DNA from: Hormiphora californensis
Lineage: Eukaryota > Animalia > Ctenophora
Assembly: GCA_020137815.1 (NCBI GenBank)
Contig: CM035357.1
Location: 2,666,001 to 2,730,000, forward strand
Direction of reading: 5' to 3'
Length of the DNA stretch: 64,000 nt
This document shows, in pieces, positions 39,488-53,200 of the stretch; the first letter of the stretch is position 1; each line of letters opens with the position of its first letter. The notes under the pieces are model-generated. The model did not search any database and was not told where the DNA came from. It saw only the letters and a program-made list of their open reading frames with translations. A program made the translations under genes and the position numbers.

Positions 39488-40982
39488 TTGGAACTGTCGT
39501 CATTTCACACTCATGCTCCCCAGCAACTGTTAGAGTAGCTGTCGTTTCAATATCTTTGTAGCATTTCTTTTCAAGAGGGTTTACCCAGTACTGGGAATGG
39601 TTATGGGATGTGTGTAGTGGAGGCCCGTGGGGGCTTCTGCTTGTGTCGTTGCTGGTAACTTCCACCTCTCACATAACAAGTCCGATTCAGTCCACCTCCG
39701 CGTGGTCCATCCTGGTAACGTCATTCTGTTAAGGGAGAGAGAGAGTGGGTGAGCGAGTTAGAGAGAGTTCTGAGAGAGTGACGGCTAAATGACTACGGAC
39801 GTCCAGACAACTTCTGGATATTTTCAATTCTGACTCACGTCAACCCCGCTATATACAGCACCCCCTGAGGGCTCTGCCCGTCGACCCGGCTGCTGTCGCC
39901 TGCAAAACAGCTCTCTTGCCCATGGCTGTCTTTATGACAGGGCAGAGATAAACCCAGTAATAACCAAGTAGGGGCTGGTCGCCCCTGGGGAACCCCTGCC
40001 CAAATTTGCACCTAAAAACCTCTGCCTATTTAACCCCCACACCCTATTTGTTCCAAAAAACAGATCTAGTCACAAATAACTTACCCTACCACTACTTCAA
40101 ACGTAACGCGCGAAAACGCCATGGTGAACAAAGTCCGACCCAGGCCGAACAAACTGCGCGCACAGTTCCAAGCCCAAGTTCTAGACTCCTCAGACACACC
40201 CTACCCCCCCCCCTAATCCCAAGCTCCGCACATGCGTGATCTCCACACCTACAACAAATCACCGAGCCTCAGACACGCACACCCCAAAGCAAGGCAAGTG
40301 ACAAACCTACAAATCTGAAAGACCCTTTAGTAGTCAGGGAAAAGCCCATTACAGTTTGGGACACTTAAACAATGGTACCCTTATTCAAATAGCAGACACG
40401 CTTACACTGAGACCCCTCGCATTAATTACGCGAAGCCTTGAGTGAACTGATACTGGTCAAATGCACTCAGGGACAACCATAGACGTTGTTTTACAGCAAC
40501 TAATCTATAACCTGGCCACCCGGCGATGGCAACATCGCCTGACCGGACCCTTGGGTCGTACTTGTGAATACATTACTAGCTAGCTTAGACTACAAGACCC
40601 CTGGTGTAAAGATAAGCATTTAATCCCTTGATAGGTAATCAATGATATCCGGCAAATCACCTACTTCCACAGTTTGTCGTGACAGTGGTAACCAAAGACC
40701 ATCCAATTGGAAGGTAAGTCCCATCACATGTCTGCGGGGAAAGATTTCTCCGTGCCAAACCCGACACAGACTCGCATGCTCCTTTTGCGGTACCACAAAG
40801 AGACTGCTGGGAAACCAGTGGAATCTAAGTGGAATCATACCGACAGTGACCCTGCGTGTGGGGGTCATCTGGCAAGAAGTGAGGTTAGTAACGGGCCGGC
40901 TGAGGGGTCATCAATAACCTCAGCATGGGGTGGAACGACGGGAGGTACCGAACACACACACACACACCACCATCAACAACTC

Positions 40983-41859
40983 ACACGGGTCCTGTTGTGG
41001 ACAGCGTGGGGTGAAAGGAACACACAAAGTCTTTGAATCTGTTCATTGACAAGATTACCGGTCCCCCATCCGCTAGCTCCTCCTTTATCTCTCTCGTTAT
41101 CACTTCACCCACAGTGTGGGTCTCTGAACCCACTGCATTCTGGTGGTTCCCAGTGGTGGGGATTCTGGGTAGAATGGAGGCGAGTCTCCCTTTACTAGAA
41201 CTTCTCCGGGGTGGTGGTACTAATGTGGTACTGTAACAGTATTGGACTCTTCCACCGCGGGTACTATCTCTAGACGTGGTACAACCTGTATAGTGGGGAA
41301 TGGGGATATTAAAAATAGTTTAGACTGTTGGCTAAAAACAGTGGTCAACAGTCCAATTCGGTGACTGACTGGGATCGATCGAGCTCTAAACTACTAACGT
41401 GTTTGTGTAGTTGAGGCCCCTAAGATGGATGGTAGCAGGATTCCAGGGCCTGGGTCTTTAGTGGGACTGACCACTCCCTCCTCATGCCATCTATACAGTG
41501 TGTAGACCTTTCTATCTGCTGTCTGGGAGGGGGCATGAGGTAATGCAATTGAAAAGTAATTGACAGACTTTGGTATAAACCTGTCATGTCAGGCCAATGC
41601 TCTGGTAGTGGTATAGAGACAAACAAATTGTATCTATACCCTGTCAGTGTCTCAGTCGGTAACTGCCACAAAATCAGACAGATATCTTCGCACCTACCCG
41701 GCCACTCTTGCCCACATTCTGAGCCCTCTTGTTCCCCCCTCCTCCACCTCCTCCTCGTGTGTCCCACGTGTATTCTCTGGAGCGGTTGCTCCTAACAACT
41801 AGTCGGAGCTGCTCCCGGAACTGAACTGTATCCGTGTCACGACATGATTCAAGTGCCAT
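40983..41859 (-). CDS. Possible multi-exon gene of unknown function
   Basis: Open, splice-site-bounded segments at ~41285-40985 (GCTTSRDSTRGG...[17 protein letters not shown]), ~41522-41400 and ~41859-41640. No recognisable domain. Confidence 0.35.
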
Positions 41860-42417
41860 GTTGTGTGTCTCTAATCAGTACCACACGGTGTAATAAAAAC
41901 AGTGAAACTATATGGGACACTAAACTGAGACAAATGGAGATTGGCTGTCTGGCGGTGCCGACCCAGTCTGAGTGCACTGTCGTTTTGTGAATCAAAACAG
42001 GGTCTGTCGCCGCCAGACAGGAGATTGGCATGTCATTGTCAAAGTATTGGTTTGATAGGCATGTCGTCACGGCCATAGTAGATGTTAGACAAGTAAAAAA
42101 AGTGAGTGATAATACAGCTCATAGGACAAGGGACAGCGAGATAAATCTGGGCCACAATTTCACGTGCACAAACAATTGCACACATGTACACGCGTACTTT
42201 TACAGATTATTCTCAAACAATTGGACACCACGTCTACTATAGTACTAGAAGATTTAGGAAAAGCCATCGAGACGTATCACTATTTTGATACGACTGGAAG
42301 GTTCCACGATAAGAAAGATCTTTCCTGCGCAGTTGTGGATTGGGTATGATTAAAACCCTTACCACATGAGACAAAAGATAGCTGATAGCCATGAGAACAT
42401 TGGACATGCACTAATAT

Positions 42418-42529
<112 letters not shown>

Positions 42530-42785
42530 TTCTCTAGCTCTCACTCTCTCTCTCTCCCTCCTATCTCTATCTCTCTCATAATATCACAAGCAAACTCGTG
42601 ACACCTTGACTTTGAGAGAAAACAAGACCTGCAGGATCAATAGCTGGTCATTCTCTGTCAGGCCAATGCTCTGACCACAGTTCTCGCGCGCTCCGAGAGA
42701 AGCGAGAATGGGTCAGGCCAATGCTCTGACAGGTCATTCTCAATCTTCATGCAGAATACAGATTCTCAAATCAGTGCAGTGAACT

Positions 42786-43340
42786 TTGGTGACATTGATA
42801 CCTAGTGCGTGCGAGATCGAGCTCACACATAGGTGTCCGCTCCGCCCCCTAAAAAAGGGTCGTGTCTTTCAAGCCAAATTGCACGCGATCCACTGGACCG
42901 ATTTGCATCCGGTTTGTCGCAAAAGATTACAAATTGATCCTAATATACTGGAAAATACCCGAGAAGTTTGTCTGTCAACAGGAAGTGCGTCAAAATTGAC
43001 ACTGAAGTCAAATCTGTAATCTGGCTTCTGAGCCTTTTTGCACCACTCCCAGACGGCTTAGAATGAATCTGAGGGTATCAGAAGATAGGTTGAACTCTTG
43101 TGAGTACTGGAAAATACCCGGCATTAATAGCTGATGCTAATTGCATCAACATATCTCCCAATATCTTCTAAATCGCATGGGCGGATCATTTGTAGTCTTT
43201 TGCGACAAACCGGATGCAAATCGGTCTAGTGGATCGCGTGCAACATCCCTTGAAAGAAACGACCCTTTTTGGGGCGGAGCAGACACCAGACACCTGTGTG
43301 TGAGCTCAATCTTGGTCGCGCACGGTGTCTATGTCACCAA
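42786..43340. mobile_element. Mutator-like MITE with long TIRs and 9-bp TSD CAGTGAACT
   Basis: CAGTGAACT|TTGGTGACAT...ATGTCACCAA|CAGTGAACT, with ~150-bp imperfect TIRs. Confidence 0.92.
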
Positions 43341-43374
43341 CAGTGAACTCAGATCTATAGTGCCAATACAACAT

Positions 43375-43885
43375 CATTTGCACCCAGGTGAGGATATGGA
43401 ACCGCACCTCATTTTGACCTCATTTCCACCCAGGTGAGGATATGGAACCGAACCTCATTTTGACCTCATTTCCACCCAGGTGAGGATATGGAACCGCACC
43501 TCATTTCTACCTCATTTTCACCTAGGTCAGGATATGGAACCGCACCTCATTTTGACCTCATTTCCACCCAGGTGTGGATAAGGAACCGCACCTCATTTTC
43601 ACCCAGGTGAGGATAAGGAACCGCACCTCATTTTGACCTCATTTCCACCCAGGTGTGGATAAGGAACCGCACCTCATTTGCACCCAGGTGAGGATAAGGA
43701 ACCGCACCTCATTTTGACCTCATTTCCACCCAGGTGAGGATAAGGAACCGCACCTCATTTTGACCTCATTTTCACCCAGGTGTGAATAAGGAACCGCACC
43801 TCATTTTGACCTCATTTCCACCCAGGTGACGATAAGGAACCGCACCTCATTTTGACCTCATTTCCACCCAAGTTAGGATAAGTAG
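43375..43885. repeat. ~34/46-bp minisatellite (CACCCAGGTGAGGATAWGGAACCGCACCTCATTTTGACCTCATTT)
   Basis: About a dozen visible copies. Confidence 0.93.
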
Positions 43886-44220
43886 GTGAAAACGAGGTGA
43901 GGTACCTTATTTTTATCTGGATTTTCTGTCAGTCATCGCGCTACCAACAATTTCTCAACAAATCCCAAACACGGTAAATTAACAAAGTTGCTAATTAATT
44001 TCCAATCTGTACATATTAATGGTCTGATATCTGATCTCTCTCTTCAATCAACAAACGACGGGAATATTAAACTGGATCAAATTACATAAACTGGGTCAAA
44101 TCTCTATGTCAACATCTCATATATCACGTTTATGTAAATATGTTATAAACTTTCAACAACGCTGTACTAAAAAATTGTCTCCCAAATCTTCCACAAAAAC
44201 AAGAAAGAATGACTATTCGA

Positions 44221-47200
44221 TCATTTAAAATCCTCTAACTCCTTCACATATGTCAGTGGAACGAGTCCTCGAGTGTTTTTTATTTTCCCGTACACCCAGC
44301 CGTTTCCCAGGTCCTCTAGTCTGAACAGTACCTGTACGGAGAAATAGATGAATGAATTTGCTGAGCTCATGATCACATCTGAACGAATTTTCGCAGCTAC
44401 AGCGATTATAATATAATTAATTTAATTCAATTAATCTAATTAATTAATTAAATTACCTGTCCAGCGGTGATTGACATCTCATCAGGTTGTGTTGCTGCGT
44501 AATCGTAGACCGCTTGAAGGACCCCACCTGTTTCAGGGATATCTTCTAGATAGTTCGAGGGGTAGAAGCCCGTCTTTCCTTGACAAACACCCTAGCGAGG
44601 GAGGGAGATGGGGGTTGTTAATCATGCTGAACTGTTAGCTGTTCCACTGTATATAACTGTGCAAGTTTGTCTGTACAATTTCTGTCATGTCAGATTTTAC
44701 TTCATGACAACTTGAGATATATAATAGTATAAATATCCCAGACAAAGAAGTAACTTAGGGGAGGAACTAAGGCGAGGAAATAAGCTGTTAGGCCAATGCT
44801 CTGACAAGAACTACAGGGGAGAGCGGATATTCATGTGACAATATAGCCCGACCTGAGGTGTTAAAACAATATCAAGCTGGGAAGCCATGTTGACACAATG
44901 TGTGTGCTATTTTGTGCCATTATGTGTCTTGTGCAGGACGTTCAAGGAAAATGGACTATAGTTTCTTTTTCGTATTATTATTATTGAGAGTTATAGGGAC
45001 TTCTTTATCTACTGAGCACTGACCTCGACTGCTTCTTCTTCTCATTCTCAATTGTATTGATCGGATTAATCATAAATTAATTATTCCTGATGAACATATA
45101 GAGCCCGGATGAGTTATGAGTATTTAGACTAATGACTCGCTTTTGTCTGATCACCGAGTTGGACCTACAGCTCTAAACAATACTCCAGAAGATTGGAGAC
45201 AATGCAATGCTAGGACCTGTCTGCATGTTTGGAGACGTACCACATGTGAACTAGTGTAGGAGGCTAGAAGACGGGTTGTGTAGTTGTGTTAGTTTTGTTT
45301 TGTTTTTGTGTCGGAAACAGCAATCCCATGTTCTCTTGAGAGTGTTGTTGGTCAATCAGTAGAGTACCACTAATCAGCAACCTAGGCAAACACACAGCCA
45401 GAAATCGGGCTTCCCGCCCCTAACTAAAACTCAATGCAGTTTAATCCTCACTAACTAGAACCAGTGTGCTCCTTACCGGTTACGGCCTCCCTTGCACCAA
45501 TTGTATTAGGAAGTCAGCCAGAGATCTGTGCGAACGTCTCTGGGAGATCTTCCCAAGGTGCAAGGGAGGCCATTGCAGTCATGTAGAACAGTCAGACCCC
45601 GACTTACCGGGATGCTCGGTGGAAAGAGTTTTGCCCAGTAAATGGGGGTGCCCGGTATTTCGGGGTCAAATCCCGTTAATTTCCCATATCGGGGGGATTT
45701 TATCCTTCAGGTAAATCGGGGTTCCGGTAAATCGGAGCCCGGTAAATCGGGGTCCGACCGTATACACAATTACCTTATGCCAGTCAGGGTTAGTCTCCTC
45801 CAAGATATCGACCCTGAACCCAGGAGCGCACCACGCCGACCTACTATCATCCTTCTCATCTTCATCTTGATATTCATACAGTGCCACACACACCCTTATA
45901 GCACCTGGTGAGGGAGTTGTGGGTTACCAAGGTAACTATCTACCTGTCACCAGCCAAGGTCACCATAAAGATTCTCTCGAAGTATCGAAATTATAAGTAG
46001 GTTCTCTTAGAGGAACCAAAACAGGAAAAGAAATTAATAACTTTGTTGATAGACCGAACTAATATAAAGATAATGGGGGGGGGGGGGTTCTTGTAAACCC
46101 ACCTTGTACTGGTGGATTCTTGACAAGGAGAGGTCCATCAACTCGAATATCAGGTCTTCGGGGTTCTGAAATTGGGTTGTTATTCAACATGTATGTGATA
46201 ATAACACGTGTAGAACAACGTGTATAATAACACACGTGGTTTGGACATCACGCAAAGATAGCATATGGTACTATGGTAGTTTTAATTATGCAAATACATA
46301 TCATAATAATACAGCTGTTATCACTTATTCACAAGTCTGTAATGCTTGGCTATTCTTGCCTAGATTGTGGTAAAGGAGTGGAAACTGGGGAGGGGTGAGG
46401 AAACGTCCTGAGTGTTGGAAGTCATTGGAATCATGACCCATATATGAACAGCTGTTATTTAGTATACTACAAATGGGGAGTCCCTGCTAGGGACCTACTA
46501 TAATAAGGGACCACATCCAGGCCACAGTGGTAAAATTTATCCCCGCAACATGACGAGCCCCATGACACAAGCCCACACGGTTAACTACACACAGCTGCAG
46601 CATTCCCTGTGACCCCCTCTATCCTAGAAGGGGAACATATACACACACAGCTACACGCCCAGAATAACACCACCATGGCAACATCCCCAAAATGTACATA
46701 ACACATCACCATGGCAACACAACACCATGGTAACACAACACCATGGTAACACAACACCATGGCAACATCCCCAAAATGTACATAACACATCACCATGGCA
46801 ACACAACACCATGGTAACACAACACCATGGTAACACAACACCATGGCAACATCCCCAAAATGTACATAACACATCACCATGGCAACAAAACACCATGGTA
46901 ACACATCACCAGCATCCTAACCCGGGTTACTCCTTGTAAAACTAAGCACCCTGCTTCTCCTATCCCCAGTTGGACGGGGACTGGGACTCCGCTCCGACGA
47001 CACCCTCCTCCAGGTCGGACTCAGATCGGAACCTCTTCTCGTGGTGTATGCATTAGGGCTCAACTCGCCGGAACCTCTTCTGTCCCACGAGGAGGGCTCA
47101 TCAGGAATTTGTAGGCTGTGCTTTCTTCGTGCTGGATATATTTGAGGATGTATTGAAGAGACATGTGTGTTTTGCAGAGTGGTATGCTTCTGTCAATTCT

Positions 47201-50200
47201 CTCACGGTTCAACGAATTACCGGCCCACTTATAATACCACGGTTATCTTTGCGGCTCCATATATTTCATTCGTTTGGATATTTAATGGATATTTGTGCAA
47301 TTTAGCATACATTGCCTAATTATTTGTAATTTGGAGAGATCTCTGAACCTCTCTCTCTCTCCCATACTATCTCCCCTCTACCTGTCTCTCCCTGTCTCAT
47401 CCTCTCTATCTCTGGAGTCTGGTCTCTCTCAGAATCTCCTAGATCATACATTCTATCCCTCTCTCTCACACACTCTCTTCCCTCTCCCTGTCTCATCCAC
47501 TTTATATCTGGTCTATGGTGCTCCAAATGGCTCATGTTGAATTTCTGTGTTAAATTATAAAAAGCGAACTAAAAGTGAAAAAAAGTGAAGTGAAAACAAA
47601 GTGAAGTGAAAAAAAGTGAAGTGAAAACAAAGTGAAGTGAAAAAAAAGTGAAGTGGAAAAAAAGTGAAGTAAAAAAAAGTGAAGTGAAAAAAAGTGAAGT
47701 GAAAACAAAGTGAAGTGAAAAAAAGTGAAGTGAAAAAAAAGTGAAGTGAAAAAAAGTGAAGTGAAAAAAAAGTGAAGTGAAAAAAAAGTGAAGTGAAAAA
47801 TTTTTGATTTGACCTCTTGGTGAGTCACGTGCTCTAAATGGCTCAGGTGGCTCAGGTAGGATAGACGCTTTTTATAAACCATATTGAGGCCAAACGAAAA
47901 GAGATCGAGACTTCTAGTTTTCACTAGCTGGTAGATCTACTAGATGTGTGTGCATTAGTTGGGGTGAACTTTACCATCATCTCCAGAAACGTCCTACAGA
48001 ACGTCTTAAAGTTGTCATTTTTGATACACTGACCAAACTTCTTTGAGCTCAATTTACACCTTTAAAATGGATTCTAATCGAAAAATCAAGACTATATCAT
48101 GGAAAGAGAATTGTCTGAACTTTCAGATACTATATTGCAAATTTTCAGAACCCGAGTTCTAAGGGTCGTAAATCGCGTCGAAAGTATTATGACTATGTTA
48201 AAATAGATATGACGATATGGCTTTTTTCGCCATAGCGGGTCCAAATCTCAACAAATCCATCTCAAACTTAATCAATATCTTCGACTTGATATTCCGGATG
48301 ATAGTACGTCATCATTATGGCGTCATAACGTCGTGACGTCACGTTATGACGTCAAAAATAAAATTTTCGCTTCATTTTGACGTCATAACGTGACGTCACG
48401 ACGTTATAACGTCATACTGATGACGTACTATCATCTGGAATATCAAGTCGAAGATATTGATTAAGTTTGAGATGGATTTGTTGAGATTTGGACCCGCTAT
48501 GGCGAAAAAAGCCATATCGTCATATCTATTTTAACATAGTCATAACACTTTCGACGCGATTTACGACCCTTAGAACTCGGGTTCTGAAAATTTGCAATAT
48601 AGTATCTGAAAGTTCAGACAATTCTCTTTCCATGATATAGTCTTGATTTTTCGATTAGAATCCATTTTAAAGGTGTAAATTGAGCTCAAAGAAGTTTGGT
48701 CAGTGTATCAAAAATGACAACTTTAAGACGTTCTGTAGGACGTTTCTGGAGATGATGGTAAAGTTCACCCCAACTAATGCACACACATCTAGTAGATCTA
48801 CCAGCTAGTGAAAACTAGAAGTCTCGATCTCTTTTCGTTTGGCCTCAATATGGTTTATAAAAAGCGTCTATCCTACCTGAGCCACCTGAGCCATTTAGAG
48901 CACGTGACTCACCAAGAGGTCAAATCAAAAATTTTTCACTTCACTTTTTTTTCACTTCACTTTTTTTTCACTTCACTTTTTTTCACTTCACTTTTTTTTC
49001 ACTTCACTTTTTTTCACTTCACTTTGTTTTCACTTCACTTTTTTTCACTTCACTTTTTTTTTTACTTCACTTTTTTTCCACTTCACTTTTTTTTCACTTC
49101 ACTTTTTTTTTTACTTCACTTTTTTTCCACTTCACTTTTTTTTTCACTTCACTTTTTTTTCACTTCACTTTTTTTCACTTCACTTTGTTTTCACTTCACT
49201 TTTTTTCACTTTTAGTTCGCTTTTTATAATTTAACACAGAAATTCAACATGAGCCATTTGGAGCACCATACTGGTCTCTACTCTCTACCCTCTACCCCAT
49301 GGTTACCTGGTGGTTTTGGTGGTGCTAGAGGAGGTCTCTCAGAACCATTATTGTTATTGGTTGTCATGACGACGGTACTGTTCTTGTTGTCAGCTGATTT
49401 TATCATCATTGGGCCACGTAGTCCTTCGTCCCTGGGGAAGGGAGGATATGGGGTTGAAATAGGGATCTCCTGGCCCTTAATCACAAGGGAGGAATTGTCA
49501 GCCTAACAAGGGAGGGGGTGGGCAGCCTAATAGGGGAGGAGGGAATGAGATAAGATCTGATCAAATGCTGACTGTCTGATTAAATGCTGAAGATATGTTG
49601 AGACCTTGTTAGTACTGGAAAATACCCGGCATCAAATTCTGATGCTAATTGCATCAACATATCTCCCAATATCTTCTAAACCGTCTGGGAGTGGTGCAAA
49701 AAGGCTCGGAAGCCAGATTATAGATTTGACTTCAGTGTCAATTTTGACCCACTTCCTGTTGACAGACAAACTTCTCGGGTATTTTCTAGTATATTATGAT
49801 CAATTTGTAGTCTTTTGCGACAAGCGGGATGTAAATCGGTCCAGTGGATCGCGTGCAAAAAGCCATGAAAGACACGACCCTTTTTTAGGGGGCGGAGCCG
49901 ACACCTGTGTGCGGGGGTCGCGCCAGGTGTCTATGTTACCAAGACTATCTGATCTCTTGATTGTATATGTGTGTGAAGTAGTGAGACAGTGTGAACAATG
50001 GTCAATGGTTAAAAGGTGTCATGTCTAATTGCCATACATAAACATAACTTAGACTGACAGTGACACGTACACTCGGTACAGTACGTAGCTACATTGTTGA
50101 GTGTTGTCACAATATTATATCGGCACCTAATAGGACCGTCCTCTCCGCACCGGGCACGATATGTTACAGTCAGTGCTGACAACTACAGTTTAGCTACAGT

Positions 50201-53200
50201 ATACAGCTATATGTTGACAACACTTCTGTCAGAGCTAGCTATAACACTTCATAGACATTTTGATTTAGATTCTGTACTTTGACAACAAAGCTGAAATCTG
50301 GCCTGACATCTACACTTTATAGAACGTTTAGAAGGCCTACAGATTTCATAGACATTTTGATTTAGAAGGCCTGCAGATTTCATATACATTTTGATTTAGA
50401 AGGCCTGCAGATTTCATAGACATTTTGATTTAGAAGGCCAGATTTCAGTTTCATTGTCAAAGTGCAAGCACGCTACGGGAGTGCCATTTCAAATTGTCAT
50501 GTACACCTATAGTTCAATGGCCCATTTGAATTTTGCATACAATGTTTAGAAAACATATTATACAAACTATTTCAGATCTCCATTCAGTACGCGTGTTTTA
50601 TACCACATGTCACGTGTAATTAGACAGTAGAATAATATTATTATACATGGCGGATGATATTGTTCTTTGTGTTTTCACATTGTTGTTATTGTTCCACTTC
50701 AAGCATTGTTTATGGCTTTTCTTGCCTTGCTCGACCCTCGAGGGCCCCTCCGCCCGGGTTATAGTCAGGGCATATGATGTTAGATTTTCGGCATAATTGT
50801 TATAAAGCTAATTCCACTTCTAGGAGGTCCTATTGGGTCCCTAGAACCACCAAAAAAAATGTTCGCGATTTGGTGGATGAAGAAGTTGGGTTTCCGGGCC
50901 ACGCCCTTCTACCTATGTTTTGAGCCTGAGGCAAAAAACGCCAAAACTGCGCTTAGGGGAGGAGTAGGGACAAAATCAAGGGCACTAGAGTGTTTAGCGT
51001 CCTCGCATTAGTGGGGGTAGGTGCTGGAATCAAGTCTATCTTATCTGGTTAATTGGATAATTGGATAATTAGCTCTGCACATAGCCGTTTTTGGCCATAT
51101 GGCTATAGCCATGTTAGGAAAGGAGTAGAGACAAAACCGAGGGCACTAAAGTGTTCAGCGTCCTCGAATTAGTGGGGGTAGGTGCTGGAATTAAGTCTCT
51201 ATCTCATCTGGTTAATTAGATAATTTGATAATTAGGTCTGGGCATAGCCATTTTTGGCCATATGGCTATAGCCACTTAGGAATGGTTTATCGATTTTTCA
51301 TTGGTGCCATTTTGTTCAGAAAAAAATTTTAATCTAAGAGTTGTGGAAAAATTTAGAGCCTACTTATCTCTTACAGTTTTGGCGTTATTTGCGGTCAAAG
51401 TATGCTAAATCAGCCGAAAATGCCAAAAATTAGTTAATTGGCCTATTATCTAATTAACCAGATGAGATAGAGACTTAATTCCAGCACCTACCCCCACTAA
51501 TTCGAGGACGCTGAACACTTTGGTGCCCTCGGTTTTGTCTCTACTCCTTTCCTAACATGGCTATAGCCATATGGCCAAAAACGGCTATGTGCAGAGCTAA
51601 TTATCCAATTATCCAATTAACCAGATAAGATAGAGACTTAATTCCAGCACCTACCCCCACTAATGCGAGGACGCTGAACACTCTAGTGCCCTTGATTTTG
51701 TCCCTACTCCTCCCCTAAGCGCAGTTTTGGCGTTTTTTGCCTCAGGCTCAAAACATAGGTAGAAGGGCGTGGCCCGGAAACCCAACTTCTTCATCCACCA
51801 AATCGCGAACATTTTTTTTGGTGGTTCTAGGGACCCAATAGGACCTCCTAGAAGTGGAATTAGCTTTATAACAATTATGCCGAAAATCACCATGAAATTG
51901 ACATCATATGCCCTGACTATTAGAACACAACAAGGCTTTTCATCACTTCACCGACCCAATCTGAGCCTGCACTGAGAATCAAAACGGGGTCTGATGACAG
52001 ACAGATCACATATCGTTTATCACTATAATATCTAGAATCAGAATAACATTATCATAGTATGAATATTTGTATCAATTCACATATTCATACCCAACTACTT
52101 ATTAGTATTACTGTTCTGTATTAATCCATACAGTAGTATACTACATATATTACTGTTCTCTATTAATATTCTTATTCATACCCAACTCATAAAATATTCT
52201 GACTCAGAATATTTCATGAGAATCTGAGATCGCATTGGACCACGACAATACAAACATATTAATATTTCACCAAGCTGACTGTAATTAATAAGTCCCTGCA
52301 TGTGGTTTAGTGGTTTATAGCTGCTACCGTGGAATAAAACCCTTCTTAGGTTCTGTGGGCCCTCTTGATCGAGGTTGAACTACCTCTTCTGGTCTCTCTG
52401 GTCTCTACCTTTCCCATTTTTATTCCAATTTTCACCGGGATGCGGTAAAGTGACGTCCACCCTGTAAGTTTAAGTCGGTAAATGTCAGTTAGGGCCGACT
52501 GTACGTTATCATTGCAGGGCACGTGGCCGGGGTACTTTATAGCTGCAGCAATTACTGTATGGGAGGCCCCTAAGTGTGTGTGGGTGTATTTTTGTTTGAA
52601 GCTTGATTTATAGGTTATAGCTGAAGACGTCTGACATAGATCAGTCGAAAGCTCCTGTTCTTAATTGAATATTAGTACTGCAAAATCGTTGTTTCTCTTC
52701 AATTGATTTAAGTGTTATGCCCATCCAATATAGTTCAATAAAACATGTCTACCTCGGACACACAACCAGTGATTGAACCACACTTTATTGATGTCCGTTC
52801 CTTCGCTGACTTCACTACCGCTCACGGTGTCAACTTGATATTCGTTGGAGGACACAGACTTCTCCGGTAATTATCTGTTAGCTGATCTTTTCCTTAAATT
52901 TTAATCACATTTTGATTTTTAAGTTTAAATAATTTGTCAAGTCAGCTGTGTTTTTGCATTTATTTCCCCCAAACACTTATTTTACAGGTTTATTTATCTA
53001 GTTATCTGGGTTTCGTGTATTTTCTATGCAGTCTATATCATCATCCAAGCGACAGTCAACTTTATCAACAAACCAACGGGTACGTGCTGACATACAGTCG
53101 GACCCCGATATACCGGGCAAAACCCGGCGAGCATCTGTCTGGCGCCGCCGACCCCATCTGGGCGCACTATCGCACGCTCGGTTGAGAACCAAATTGGGGT

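Noticed and set aside
43375-43885. CRISPR-like array or exon-edge repeat (contains CAGGTGAG)
   Set aside because: No spacers and no adjacent exon identified; treated as an ordinary minisatellite.
47550-49215. Twin Phe-rich membrane-protein ORFs on opposite strands
   Set aside because: Mirror translations of the foldback element's subterminal repeats.
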